A stretch of 64,000 nt of DNA from Tubulanus polymorphus (GCF_964204645.1 NC_134027.1:16090485-16154484); one strand, 5' to 3'. Shown: positions 11,490-22,994, numbered from the stretch's first letter. The notes: generated from the letters alone by a model not told the origin. Translations and numbers: made by a program.

Positions 11490-11784
11490 ATGACCAAGTT
11501 TGTTATTGACATCGACGCTGGTCTTGACGATGCCCAGGCAATACTTATGGCCCTGGCTGCTGGCATCACCACGGTGTCTGGAAACGTGTTGGTTGATAAA
11601 GTGACGAAAAAAAGTGTATTCGACCTATGCTACAGTTGAGTGCAATGGACAATACACCAGAGGTCAGGTGGTAATTGACCACCAAGGCTTGCTCGGCAAA
11701 ACAGCAAATGTGAACATCGTGAAGAAAATCAACAGAGATCGCTACTTTGAACTACATGTACTGAAAACATGTGTAGAACTGTAA
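11490..11784 (+). pseudogene. Internally deleted inosine-uridine nucleoside hydrolase relic
   Basis: Manual translation MTKFVIDIDAGLDDAQAILMAL..GITTVSGNV (IU-NH DxDxGxDD motif), then in the +1 frame YATVECNGQYTRGQVVID..NVNIV (IU-NH C-terminus); TATAAAA at 11442 and AATAAA downstream. Confidence 0.8.
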
Positions 11785-11885
11785 ATGAAAATAAATCGAA
11801 ATAAAATAAAACATGATATAAATGATATAAATTCTGGTTATATTATTTTATGTACATATACAAAATTTATACTTATATCACGATT

Positions 11886-12875
11886 TTACACAAGTCTTTC
11901 ATTATCATCACTTTGATTGTTCTTCTTGATTTTGTTAACAAGCCATATCACGATTATCGTCAGACCACAGCATATCACAAACAAAAATACAATCGCAGTT
12001 GCCATGGATAGCAAAATAGTGTTATTATCACTGCACTGTCATTTTGACGGTGGAAGTGGTCGTGGTATTGGTCTTTCGGTCGGAGCTGGGTATATCGGAC
12101 AATGGGTAGTTGTCGTTGCGGGTGTAGTAGTATCTCTCTCTGTGGTGGTGATGGTTGTGACGGTTGTTGTTGGCGGCTTTGTAGTAGTCACATTCGGGTC
12201 GATTGTTAAAGTAGACCAAGGCGCGACAAGTAGATATCGATAGTTTGACTTTACTGGGTCGGTTTGGTCGACTAACTCGTCACTGCGGCCGGTGTAAATT
12301 ATTTCCACGTCTTTTGGTCGAGGTAAGTTTGGTAAGTTTAGTCTTAGACGATCTTTCGTCTCCATTTTCCAAAATTGTCCTCTGGGATATTCTTTCGACG
12401 ATACGCGACGAAAGTACCAAGTTTCATTACATAAAGAAAAAGCCGCCCTAGCAAACTCGAGGTGTACGGTGACAGTCCAAAACATGTGAAGTTTTTTTAA
12501 AATATCGCCATCTATCACACCTTTCTCAAAAGTTGTCGTACTCCAATACCAATCGTTGCCGTATTTTAAATCCGAACAATCGTAATGGCCATGTGTTAAC
12601 AAGTAGTGTTCTTCTGGTTTATCGTATGTGTAGTATATTCTTAACGAACACTCGCTATACATGCCCTGGTCAGTTTTACAACCTGCCCCCGTGGTAGCCA
12701 ATGAAGAATTTATCCAGCCTTTTAGTTTTGGTATACTACGTATTGGCACAGTCCATTCATATGAGTCTCGAATAAATTCTGCACCAACTATATATCGATA
12801 CGAAGGTGTTGAGCCTTGTCCATACGAATATCCAGTCCAAGCCACAATCACTACGAAAAATAACGTCAACATCAT
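11886..12875 (-). CDS. Type I membrane glycoprotein interrupted by one in-frame TGA (12039-12041)
   Basis: Signal peptide, Thr/Pro stalk; the same frame continues after the TGA with TM (ILLSMATAIVFLFVICCGLTIIVIWLV) and tail to TAA at 11886. Confidence 0.75.
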
Positions 12876-13048
12876 TTTGGTGAGATGTGGTGTTGTGTGT
12901 TAGAAGTAAAATCTTTCGTCCTTTTATACTTGATTGAAAAATGTAACAAATAGGTTACAAAATATTTCGTATCTCGTATTGTCAGAGTTTTTGTGTTACA
13001 AAAATTTCCTAACTTGTAATATTTTCTTACGTCCTGAACACATGTTCG

Positions 13049-13094
13049 CTTATTTCTCCATTTCTCACCCGCGGGTTACAAGAGGAGAAATAAG
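13049..13094. repeat. Dispersed 20-bp repeat locus (single unit plus inverted cap)
   Basis: CTTATTTCTCC-ATTTCTCACCCGCGGGTTACAAGA-GGAGAAATAAG with 11-bp inverted arms. Confidence 0.85.
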
Positions 13095-13127
13095 GCATGA
13101 GCGAATATTTTGAACGCATAATTTAAT

Positions 13128-13511
13128 TCAACTGTTGTAGTACGGCAATACATATCTTATCCTACATTGACAAATTGAACAATTTTCCAAATATTTTACA
13201 CAACTGGTACAACAGAAAGAGTGTCCACAGTCAACAATTGCTACATCACGTTCTTTTATGTAACAAATAGTACACAAGTTCACAGAGTCTTCAGCAATAT
13301 TTTGGGTATCGATATGGGTATCAGCGGCGTCATTGATTGAATATGTTTCCACATTGTGTTTCTCGACTTTACCGACAGGATTACCGCCTTCAACAACGCG
13401 ATTCATAAACCTTTGAAAATCCAAGTTGAATTGGCGGTCAAGATTGCGAACTCTATCAAGTCGTCCTTGTCTATATGGGTGGTGGTTTCTAAAATGAACC
13501 TCTTCCAACAT
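13128..13511 (-). CDS. C3HC4 RING finger protein (IAP/MDM2-type RING), putative E3 ligase
   Basis: CTICYIKERDVAIVDCGHSFCCTSCVKYLENCSICQ; in-frame upstream ATG at 13589 separated by a single TAA at 13542-13544. Confidence 0.8.
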   Translation of the reverse strand: MLEEVHFRNHHPYRQGRLDRVRNLDRQFNLDFQRFMNRVVEGGNPVGKVEKHNVETYSINDAADTHIDTQNIAEDSVNLCTICYIKERDVAIVDCGHSFCCTSCVKYLENCSICQCRIRYVLPYYNS

Positions 13512-13893
13512 CTCGGCAGCTCTTTGGCGTCTATTGCGTGCTTAACGTTGCTTTTGGCCTTTACGACAGAATATATTGGCTATTGCCATAGCCACTGTCA
13601 AGATAAAGGAAATTGAAATAATAAATTGAACGCTTAGTGTCCAAGATAGCGAATTAGCAATTGCTTGTGGTGCTATTACTTCTTTAACCCTTTCACTGCC
13701 GAATTCCCAAATTCGTTGTCATTCTGTAAGATACGACCTCATCATCGTCATGATCCATGTTGAATGGATAAAATAACGACCCACACTAAAAAGGACAAAC
13801 CTGACATTTTATTTATAATGTCGTTTTTTTGTTCCTCATTTTTGTTCCTTTAACAAAAAGTAACTCAAGAAAAATGTGTATTTTTTACAACAT

Positions 13894-15405
13894 TTACAGA
13901 AATTTATTCAAGCCATGCAATATCAAACTTTTATAGTCATTACATTTATATACAAGACTTCTACGTGAATGAGATGATGGGATTTTTATATAATACTCGT
14001 AATTTTCAAAGTACAGAGTGTAATCGTTCATAGCCAATCGATCAGGCTTACTGTCACTGACCAAAAGTTTTTCACCAGATTGACTCCCCATATCGTCCAT
14101 TCGACCTATGCAAATTGAGGGAACTTTACGTTCGTTGTCTTTGTGCAAATAATTAAACACTGTCACCCAGACAACCATCGCGGTAATTTTAGTCCACAAA
14201 AACTTTAGTTTCTTTTCAATTGGAACAGCCTCCCCTGAATTGTTGGACTTTATGATTTTTTCACATTCGTTCTCAACGCTCTGCTCAACTTTCCGCAATT
14301 TATCCAACACAGCTGTGCTAGACTTGGTCGATGTGAACCAAGACATTTTTATTATAGAGTCCAGGTACATAATGTCACTGCCCAGTATCCCAAGAATAAC
14401 GTTGAATACTTGATTGTACAATGGGTAAGAGTCTGAATTTGGAAACGTGAATCTTTTGGGTAATATAAGTTTGGCCACGGTCCTTGCCATAATAGGTACG
14501 TGATCGGACAAGTCGATCGGGCGATCTGACATGTTCAACTCAGCTTTATTCACCTCTCCAATATAGTCCGAATGTTCAATGGTAGTGACGTTCGTTGCCG
14601 GGTCAAATAGAATATCGTTAAACATTTGTCTACTGGCCGCTGACTCTATCATATAGGTAAAGATTTCGTGGTGAATGATATCGGTTGCCAGAATTTTTGG
14701 ATGCACAACCAATTCCCAACAAGATCGTTTTAATTCATCAACCATCTCTTTTGTGATGCTCATGATTTCTCCGTGGTTGGCGTGACTCGAGGCTATATCG
14801 TTCAACAATTTGTTCATTTTGCGATTCAACACGGTCGTGTTATCCGAATGACAATCATCGTCGGTTATCGTTCCTACAGCACTATCCCCACCGTTGATTT
14901 CTTCTAACAACGCCGTGGGATTGTGCACACTTTCACTTGCAAAATGTTCCAGAACCTCCACTATACTTTGCGAATTTATGGCTCCCATTGTGTTTAACCA
15001 CAACGAAGTGAATAACGAGACTTTATTGTCCTTTGCTAACGTAGACGACAGTAAATGGGGTAAAGTGTAGCAATTTTGTGCTATGGCATCTTTGTCAATT
15101 ATATGCGACACGTTTTCCGTCTTGAGAAATTTCTCTATCAACTGTCGAATGCGTTGGGTATCGGTTTTTTCCTCCGTATCGAATTTGCCTGCATTGAACG
15201 AAGCTGCCTTCGTTGTGTCGGTCATAACATCGTACAACTCGTTTTCTCCAATATCTTCGTGTAAGCCGGGTATGAAATCAGTTAGGTCAATGGTGTTATG
15301 TGCAGCCGAGGAGTTGGCACCTACTGTTTCTTCACTTTTCAGTTTATTTTCATAAAATTTAGTATGCAACAGACCAAGGTCTGTGTGTTCGGCTAAAAAG
15401 TTCAT
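13894..15405 (-). CDS. Hypothetical viral protein
   Basis: 503-aa ORF, last of a tightly spaced minus-strand block. Confidence 0.85.
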   Translation of the reverse strand: MNFLAEHTDLGLLHTKFYENKLKSEETVGANSSAAHNTIDLTDFIPGLHEDIGENELYDVMTDTTKAASFNAGKFDTEEKTDTQRIRQLIEKFLKTENVSHIIDKDAIAQNCYTLPHLLSSTLAKDNKVSLFTSLWLNTMGAINSQSIVEVLEHFASESVHNPTALLEEINGGDSAVGTITDDDCHSDNTTVLNRKMNKLLNDIASSHANHGEIMSITKEMVDELKRSCWELVVHPKILATDIIHHEIFTYMIESAASRQMFNDILFDPATNVTTIEHSDYIGEVNKAELNMSDRPIDLSDHVPIMARTVAKLILPKRFTFPNSDSYPLYNQVFNVILGILGSDIMYLDSIIKMSWFTSTKSSTAVLDKLRKVEQSVENECEKIIKSNNSGEAVPIEKKLKFLWTKITAMVVWVTVFNYLHKDNERKVPSICIGRMDDMGSQSGEKLLVSDSKPDRLAMNDYTLYFENYEYYIKIPSSHSRRSLVYKCNDYKSLILHGLNKFL

Positions 15406-15414
15406 TATTATTTT

Positions 15415-17535
15415 TTAACTGTAACAACCACCTAACATGAATCGTAACACGGCTTCTTCGCAACTTTTGTTAATGTTAATAAAGTTATGATGGAGACCGC
15501 ACTGTACAAATGTGTCAACGGGTATCTTCGAGTAGCTTTCTACAACTTGTTCCGATTTAGCCTCGCCGCTTGTTCCCTCGGCCTCTGCTGCCTTGGCCGC
15601 AGCTTCTCTGTCTAATTTTTCTTGAATTGCAGCTCGACTGTTTGGGTTCACGGCAACTGATTGTTGATTTGCGGACGACGCGGTTGCAGATTTGGGTAAT
15701 GTCTTATTTTTGGAGGCGATGCTGGTGTCGATTTTCGTATAAGTTATAGCCAACATGGACATAGACAACATATCGGCCATCTGGTATACAAATCCGTGAT
15801 ACGGTTCTACTACTTTACCACTTTCCTCGGCCTGACTTGCACTGCTATCCGCGTAACCTGTCTCGAATTTAACATCTTCCATCAAAGTAACGTCAAATAT
15901 CTTTCCGTTTGTAGAGGTAAAAATTGTGTCTAGCAATAACTTAATCATTTTGGTTTTTGCACCGTATGTCAACTCGGTCACGGCATTTCTGGGCACTCCG
16001 TTCTTCGAGTACGACTTGATAAAGGCAAAAATGAATTGCTTCAAGTAATCGGGATTTTCAAACAGTTTATTGGCAAAGTTCCGTAGAAATTCTGGCACGC
16101 ACAGCATTTCATGATCGGTGAATTTTGGCAGATTGAATTGGCGATACAACAACTCACCAAATTCGTTAACCACGTTTACAATGCCGAGGAGATTTACAAG
16201 GACGAGATTCCTGTTGATTTCACTGGTAAACACCTTCACTACGGGTAACGGTATACTTGTTTGTTGATGGTCGCATTTTTTTCCAGACGACTTGACCTTT
16301 GTTGCAAAATTATGCTTAAACACCGGCTCTGGCTGATAGACAACTCCAAAGACCATATCTCGTCTAGACATTTGAATGACCTTCACGATGTAATGTTGGT
16401 CTTTGTAAATTGCTTTATGCAGTCTCTGGGTAAACGAGTTCGTTGTAGCAATAACAGGTGAGTCTAGATTTGTGTAGAAAAACTCGAGTGTATTGTAATG
16501 GGGATTGGTGAGCCAACTCTCCATCCACTGCTTAATACCCGGATCCATCATGATATTATGTTTTTGTTCGACCAACACAGCTGGAAATGTGTCCGTTTCA
16601 AAGGCAAATACGTTCAACGGTTGCTGGGCAATGGTTTCAACCCTTATGTGTAACTTGTTGTCCAAGTAGCCATCGCCGACATTGTACAGTTCGAGTATGT
16701 CAGATTCAGTTTTACCTTTTGGAACATGTACGTTGGGTAACAAACTACCTTGTTCGTCAAAGATTGAACAGAAGTAATCGTAGGCTTTATCCAAGACAGC
16801 TGTGCAATCTTTGGACAAAACTTCTGAGCCAACTTCACCGCCAGCGTCATCAGAGAAGGGAAGTATCTCAACGGGTTCAATACAATCGATCCATCTTAGA
16901 TGCGAAAAATTACCGGTCGCCTTGTAAATGTCCCAAATGTACGGATTAAAAAACATATGTGGTCTCTTGGCAGTTTCATCATTGGAGAACAGAGTAAAGA
17001 GAAAATTGGCAGAGTTCAAAACGTTTACTTGAGAGGTGGTTTTGTTAACCGTGAACAGATGGTCAACTTCGGCATCGCTATCCAGACCGTGAAACGAACG
17101 AATAAATTCTTGAATGTCTTTCTTGTTATCGAATCGAATCAAAACAACGGTGTTTGATTTTCGATAAAGATCAGTCTTCAGCGCGATTACGTTTTGGGCA
17201 CTTGGAGTTAAAACACCGTAATTGATTTTCACGATGTCAATTTGCTTTTGAGAGGACACATCACCACCGTCATCTTTGAACTTGTATCTCTTATCTTTTG
17301 CATAAATATGAGGTCTATTAACGACTTTTGTATATTTTTTCCTACTGTCCTTACACGAATCGGGTCTGGCACTTGTTTGTGGGTAAGGGTGAACGAATAC
17401 CGATGATTCTAGTACGAGTGAAGATTTACAAGTAACCAAGTCAAACTTATGTAATTGGAAACTTTCTGGATCCGTTTCGGGATCCGATAGAGATTCAGCC
17501 GAAGTATGGGTAAAGTATACTACTGGAGACGACAT
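15415..17535 (-). CDS. Hypothetical viral protein
   Basis: 706-aa ORF ending 9 bp before the next gene. Confidence 0.85.
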   Translation of the reverse strand: MSSPVVYFTHTSAESLSDPETDPESFQLHKFDLVTCKSSLVLESSVFVHPYPQTSARPDSCKDSRKKYTKVVNRPHIYAKDKRYKFKDDGGDVSSQKQIDIVKINYGVLTPSAQNVIALKTDLYRKSNTVVLIRFDNKKDIQEFIRSFHGLDSDAEVDHLFTVNKTTSQVNVLNSANFLFTLFSNDETAKRPHMFFNPYIWDIYKATGNFSHLRWIDCIEPVEILPFSDDAGGEVGSEVLSKDCTAVLDKAYDYFCSIFDEQGSLLPNVHVPKGKTESDILELYNVGDGYLDNKLHIRVETIAQQPLNVFAFETDTFPAVLVEQKHNIMMDPGIKQWMESWLTNPHYNTLEFFYTNLDSPVIATTNSFTQRLHKAIYKDQHYIVKVIQMSRRDMVFGVVYQPEPVFKHNFATKVKSSGKKCDHQQTSIPLPVVKVFTSEINRNLVLVNLLGIVNVVNEFGELLYRQFNLPKFTDHEMLCVPEFLRNFANKLFENPDYLKQFIFAFIKSYSKNGVPRNAVTELTYGAKTKMIKLLLDTIFTSTNGKIFDVTLMEDVKFETGYADSSASQAEESGKVVEPYHGFVYQMADMLSMSMLAITYTKIDTSIASKNKTLPKSATASSANQQSVAVNPNSRAAIQEKLDREAAAKAAEAEGTSGEAKSEQVVESYSKIPVDTFVQCGLHHNFININKSCEEAVLRFMLGGCYS

Positions 17536-17568
17536 TTTGTAACGTATTGTTGATGTTGCAAGTACCTA

Positions 17569-18528
17569 TTAAACCAAAAACTGACCACCATCTGAAAGTA
17601 ACTTTGCTCCCCTTTTGCTTTTATACTTTTTTTCATAACCCCTGGGGGGTTCTGTTGTATTTTGTAACTCGGGTGAGGAAAGTGACGTATCACTAACCGT
17701 ACTCCCTGGTCCATTTCGTGGCACACTGGGTAACAATGGTAAACTCACTCCGCTTCCGTACGACTCTGTCTCGGATGAATCTTGGCCCGAAAAATTTGTA
17801 ACTAATTTGTTCGAGGGTAAATTCGTAACCGGCGGCAATCGTCTTTCGTCGCCATCGCGTTCGGTTTCGATCTTGTTCATCATGTGGAATCCCTTATGAG
17901 TTATCTCTGAAATCTTGGCCTTTTTGTTGACGTCCACCAGTAGCTTACTGACAGCTTCCGAAACACTGCCGACCGTAGCTTGTGGTGTAAACTGGTTCAA
18001 AGCCGCATAGAACGACAAGTGACATACGTCGTAAATGTTTTCTTCATTCCCTGTATCTGCTGCAACCACTTTACCATTCTGTTGCATGCGTTGTTTTACT
18101 TTTAACAACGGCAACAAGTCCTTGCACTTTTTCCAGTTTATATACAAATTGTCGTAAACTTCTTTGGGTACATTTGGTTTGGAAGTGATCAACACCGCGT
18201 AATGGGTAATTAAGGATTGATCCACATCCATATCTTGTAACATTTTGAATAAGCAGTCCACATTTTCTCCAAGATTGATATAATCGATAGCTAAAGCATC
18301 TACCACGTTTTTTCTAGCGTCTCTATACAACATTGTCCGCATATCCATACACAACACGTCTGAATCCGTTAACAAAAAGTCTATATCGGCATTTGTTGAA
18401 TTTTCACCAACACTTCCACGGTTATTTTTCGATTTTATATCAAAATACAACATTTTTAAATCTTCTATAAAATTTATATGATACATGCCGAAACCGGCTA
18501 TACGATCAAGTATCCAGTTTACAGCCAT
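17569..18528 (-). CDS. Hypothetical viral protein
   Basis: 319-aa ORF, ATG start. Confidence 0.8.
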   Translation of the reverse strand: MAVNWILDRIAGFGMYHINFIEDLKMLYFDIKSKNNRGSVGENSTNADIDFLLTDSDVLCMDMRTMLYRDARKNVVDALAIDYINLGENVDCLFKMLQDMDVDQSLITHYAVLITSKPNVPKEVYDNLYINWKKCKDLLPLLKVKQRMQQNGKVVAADTGNEENIYDVCHLSFYAALNQFTPQATVGSVSEAVSKLLVDVNKKAKISEITHKGFHMMNKIETERDGDERRLPPVTNLPSNKLVTNFSGQDSSETESYGSGVSLPLLPSVPRNGPGSTVSDTSLSSPELQNTTEPPRGYEKKYKSKRGAKLLSDGGQFLV

Positions 18529-18638
18529 ATTTACAAATTTACTTTCAATGCCTTACGAATGACATTTTTACCTAATCTCCAATTTCAGCATAAATCAAAG
18601 AATGGGCAACAGCTCCGTTACAATTACTGTTCTCGCCT

Positions 18639-19193
18639 TTATCGTGTTTTCATGGGTAGTAACGGAATATCATTAGTATTTGATGAATCGCTATTTTGTC
18701 TATGTAATGGCCATTTGTTCGATCTAACAAGTCCGTTACTGGGTAATGTATTTGATCTCTTGATAGTGCTTATATTGTTATTGTTACTTATAAATTCGCT
18801 GTTGATCTCTTCTTCTCTTGCCGGTATTGGTGGTAGATGACCATTGAACGAGTTACTGTGTTGTCTGAGTTTATGTCGTGTTGTCAATCGAGGTGTCGGT
18901 GGAAACGTAAAGAAGTTGACACCATTTCCATGTCCATTAGTGTGAGTTGATGCGCTTCCAGATCTAAAGCAGCAAGACCGTTGTGGCGGATGACATGTCG
19001 GTGTTGGTTGAGGTGGTTGCTTGAACACGATAGTAGGTGAGTGATCAATTGGATCGGTGATAGATTTTCGTAAATGATGAAAGTCCTTCTTCAGGTAATA
19101 TAACATCACTATAATTATGTCTAAAATGAAAACCATGATTGCATTTGACACCACAAGTAATATGGCGATCAACTCGTTTTCAGTGAGACCCAT
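18639..19193 (-). CDS. Small membrane protein with N-terminal TM
   Basis: LIAILLVVSNAIMVFILDIIIVMLYYL followed by a disordered tail. Confidence 0.7.
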   Translation of the reverse strand: MGLTENELIAILLVVSNAIMVFILDIIIVMLYYLKKDFHHLRKSITDPIDHSPTIVFKQPPQPTPTCHPPQRSCCFRSGSASTHTNGHGNGVNFFTFPPTPRLTTRHKLRQHSNSFNGHLPPIPAREEEINSEFISNNNNISTIKRSNTLPSNGLVRSNKWPLHRQNSDSSNTNDIPLLPMKTR

Positions 19194-19526
19194 GACGACT
19201 GACTGTGTGAAATGAAGTGAGAGAAAAGGAACAATCTCAAGATAAACAAAATTTTCGTGTCTAGACTAACTTCTGACTTTGTTTGCATAACTCTTCAATT
19301 ACAATAAGAAAATAAAAGGTGACAAAACACGTTTTTTTGGGCTGTAATAGATGTTTTTATCGTTCCATTTGTTTTTTGGTGGGTTAAAGGGTGAGGAAAA
19401 AACGAGGTTACCCGCTCAAATTATATAAAATCACCAAGTCCGCTGTAGTACGCACATTTCGTTACCCTTGTTAAAACTCAACACATCTCTTCAATATAAA
19501 GTAAAAGTAACCAAAAAGTTACAAAA

Positions 19527-19976
19527 ATGTCCGGTTCGGAAAACGAGTTACAAAAATTAACAGAACAAGTTGAAGAGAATGTACCGATTTCTCAAGTCTC
19601 TGCGCCAAAATCTCCAATTGCTGCACAGAAAATTTATTTTGACTTAAATAATGTTGGAAATGTCATCGATGTTGAAACTGGTGAAACAACAGATGAATAT
19701 GATATGGAAGATGAAACAGATGACGAGGAAGACAGCAGTGATGATAGTAGCAGTGATGATGACCGATATACGATATATTCCTCAGCGTCAGGCGACGAAG
19801 AAATTGACTATCTACGCGATCACTGGACAGTAGAAAGAATGAAAGCCATTCTCTTCTGCAATAAAAATCACAGAGACCATCCATATGAGCCAGATTATTG
19901 TTCAGACTGTGAATATGACGCTCCATTCGATGCTCATACCCTCTCTGAATACATAGAGTACAGATCTCTCTGGTAG
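19527..19976 (+). CDS. Acidic protein with C-terminal Cys/His cluster
   Basis: 149 aa, D/E run, CNKNH..H..YCSDC; TATA at ~19424. Confidence 0.7.
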   Translation: MSGSENELQKLTEQVEENVPISQVSAPKSPIAAQKIYFDLNNVGNVIDVETGETTDEYDMEDETDDEEDSSDDSSSDDDRYTIYSSASGDEEIDYLRDHWTVERMKAILFCNKNHRDHPYEPDYCSDCEYDAPFDAHTLSEYIEYRSLW

Positions 19977-20012
19977 TTTTTTACATTTGCTGTAGTTAGC
20001 CACATTTACCCA

Positions 20013-21476
20013 ATGAACTTTACTTTCTATCTCGTGCTGCTTGTTAAAATGAATTGTAAAATAAACGTATACGATGCTCTGGCACAATCTTGTGTCAACG
20101 ATTGGGCAGAATTTATACAAGCTATGAAAACTCTGAGTTCTCTTTTGCCCGACTTGGTATTTTTCACCACTACCGGTCATAGAGACCAATTTATCCGTAG
20201 ACTGGTAACATTTATAGAGGTGCTACAAAATGCCTTACTTACCCTTGATAACGAATGGAGAAACGTTATAGGTCAACACAAGATTTTCGACAACACAGTC
20301 GAAGATAACAAAATCACCTATATCGGCAAAAATGAATTCTACTCTGCATATGTAGCCACAGAACGAGTTTACACAGCATATCGATTCTATACAGACTACG
20401 TGAAAAACTCGTCCTTTTACGTACCCCATTGGAGAAATGGAGGCATAGTACATATGACCATGTCACAAAGACAATCATATCGAAATGTGCAAATGACATT
20501 TTTTAGAATTTTACTTTACCCAGATCAAATTTATAAATATGAAAAGTTTAAAAGAGGACTTCACCGAGGTATAGACCACGTTTCTGTTTATCACCCGACC
20601 GGTGGCGTGTCAAATTTGTTAACAGTGTCCGATATACTGAGAAGAATGTATGTAGAAATGATTTCAGAGCAGCTCGACATGATGCTAGGTAAAAAACAAG
20701 TCAAAACAGCGGATGATTCCGAATTTGCTCAACTTAACCCATTTGCTATAGTCCGGTATAATACCCGAACCAACGATTTGGTGAAATATACGGCCATGCT
20801 GGATTCGTTTGAAATTGTTGTAGAAGATTTGGCTGGCACAATTACTCCAACATACCCAGAGGAGGAAGGAAACGTCTCCAAAAAGTTAACAGAACCCGGA
20901 CCCATCAACGCTTCTAACATTACCAGTATAACAAAAACTAGAATTTGTCCAAGGTGTAAAATGCATTTTGTAACTTATGGTCAGACGGACGAGATTGAGC
21001 AACGTTTGCGATTCAAATGCAATTGTGTATTTCAAAAACTAAAGTCAATCGAAGACAGTAGCAGTAACAGTGCTACAACCACGGATCGCGATGACACAGG
21101 CAATGGAAATGAAGATATCTTGTCCGTAAATGAACAGACTTTTATCGATCTCACACAAATGGATAATATCTCTATTGAAGATATTCACAGAGCATGGTGG
21201 CTTGTGGAAACAAAGAGTAATGTATTGGGTAACAGGAGGCTATCTTTTGATATGGCTGCTATAGCCAAGTTTCAAAATAGCCGAGTTACTCGAGCACAGA
21301 CTCTATCGCGTTTAGTGTATACATTTTCAAAAGATAGCAGAAAATCTGACAATGTTGGCGGTTGTGATTGCAAAGACCACAAGGATCTGATCAGAGACAG
21401 CATAACTAGGCAGAAAAATGGTTTTGGACACATTTCTTTGTTCGGGAGTACGAAAAAAGTAGTGGTAACTAAATAA
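20013..21476 (+). CDS. Hypothetical protein with CxxC...CxC putative Zn ribbon
   Basis: 487-aa ORF; CPRC...CNC; stop overlaps AATAAA. Confidence 0.8.
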   Translation: MNFTFYLVLLVKMNCKINVYDALAQSCVNDWAEFIQAMKTLSSLLPDLVFFTTTGHRDQFIRRLVTFIEVLQNALLTLDNEWRNVIGQHKIFDNTVEDNKITYIGKNEFYSAYVATERVYTAYRFYTDYVKNSSFYVPHWRNGGIVHMTMSQRQSYRNVQMTFFRILLYPDQIYKYEKFKRGLHRGIDHVSVYHPTGGVSNLLTVSDILRRMYVEMISEQLDMMLGKKQVKTADDSEFAQLNPFAIVRYNTRTNDLVKYTAMLDSFEIVVEDLAGTITPTYPEEEGNVSKKLTEPGPINASNITSITKTRICPRCKMHFVTYGQTDEIEQRLRFKCNCVFQKLKSIEDSSSNSATTTDRDDTGNGNEDILSVNEQTFIDLTQMDNISIEDIHRAWWLVETKSNVLGNRRLSFDMAAIAKFQNSRVTRAQTLSRLVYTFSKDSRKSDNVGGCDCKDHKDLIRDSITRQKNGFGHISLFGSTKKVVVTK

Positions 21477-21605
21477 AGTTAGGAAAATTTTGGACTTGTA
21501 GAAGTATACATTTTTTGTAACCCTTCGGACATTCTGTATAGATACAAAAGAATAACTCATTCGTTCCTTGCACTTCTTACGAGTTACTACAACACTTAAG
21601 AAAAT

Positions 21606-22772
21606 ATGAAGACTCGTCCCAACATTTTGTCAAAGAACAAACTTCAGAAGAAGAACAACAAAAGTAATATAAATTCGTTACTTTTGTCGGACGCTAAACG
21701 TAAACTGCAAGCACAGTCAACCATCGACCATAAGAACTTTGTCATGCATCAACAGTCGTCAAATCAACCGCAACGACAGAAAAAGGTTACAGTCGCCGAG
21801 ATAGACGAGATAGATACTCCGTGTAATATACCACATAAATACCCGTCGAAAAAGGCAGTGTACGATAGTTGTGCAGCCGCCAGCGCATGTTTAAAAGATA
21901 GTCGATCGTCATCAAATAAAATCAAAGACTCTATTGATAAATATTTCGATTGCAAGCGCAAACTGGCCAAAGAAGAAGGAAACTTCTTTCAATTCGAGAC
22001 ACCATCAACACTTCGACGCACACAAACCGGCACATTCTTTACTCACAATGCAGCTGTTACTCAGCCACAGCCACAGCCATCAACGCCAGACTACGAGTGC
22101 AACAAAGTCAAGTTTGCTATTGGTGATTCCGAGATTGATCTTCTATCGACATCGCTTGGAGACGATGATGTTTTCGGTGATAGCATGGATATTGACTCTG
22201 ATGATTCCGGTCGAGGTAGTGCTAGGTTTGAAATTACCCACACCTCGTTGCTTACCCCAATTGTGGATTCGCTGAAGACACCTCTTCCTCTGTGCGAGAG
22301 AAGAAACGTGAACATTACGCCCGTTAAATTGGATACTTCTACAAACAATACAGTGTCAAAGGAATACATTTCGAAATTGGATAAAATAAACATTACTACT
22401 ATATCTTGTTGTGATTGCTTGGACTATTCTTGCGACCGTTGCTGGACTACTTTGGGTGACAAATGTCTTGCTTACTTCTTGACAAATGTTCCAGAATCCG
22501 AATATAAAACTCTGTATGTGATGAACAGTGAAAAACTTTTCTACTATCTCGGAGGTGCCGATCTAATGAATAACGATCCCACCGGAGATACGTTTTCAGT
22601 TGAATGGAACTCTATTGACAATTTGGTAATTTTTGCCAAGCCAGGTATCAGTGTTCCTTATCATAACTTTAGCAAATATAAGGTTGTAAGCGCTGAAAAA
22701 TTCGGACTAACTGTTGCCCCTTGTAATGATGTCAACTCTGATATTGATTTGTTTTGTTATGAAACCATGTAA
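21606..22772 (+). CDS. Hypothetical viral protein
   Basis: 388-aa ORF with CCDCLDYSCDRC cluster. Confidence 0.8.
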   Translation: MKTRPNILSKNKLQKKNNKSNINSLLLSDAKRKLQAQSTIDHKNFVMHQQSSNQPQRQKKVTVAEIDEIDTPCNIPHKYPSKKAVYDSCAAASACLKDSRSSSNKIKDSIDKYFDCKRKLAKEEGNFFQFETPSTLRRTQTGTFFTHNAAVTQPQPQPSTPDYECNKVKFAIGDSEIDLLSTSLGDDDVFGDSMDIDSDDSGRGSARFEITHTSLLTPIVDSLKTPLPLCERRNVNITPVKLDTSTNNTVSKEYISKLDKINITTISCCDCLDYSCDRCWTTLGDKCLAYFLTNVPESEYKTLYVMNSEKLFYYLGGADLMNNDPTGDTFSVEWNSIDNLVIFAKPGISVPYHNFSKYKVVSAEKFGLTVAPCNDVNSDIDLFCYETM

Positions 22773-22994
22773 AAATTGTATGTATGCTTGTAAATAGAAC
22801 GAATCTCTGAATTTGTTTAGTAAAAATATGATACTTGTAAAATTGAATTTTTCGAGTTAATTATTTTTTGACTTGGTTGTGAAAAAAACACAAGTTTTTC
22901 GAAAACTCAAACATCTAGGAAAAAACGCAAATTTTATGTCCAGCTTGGTGAAACAAACTGGCATGCAAAGTTACGTGGGAACATGTCCCAGGGG

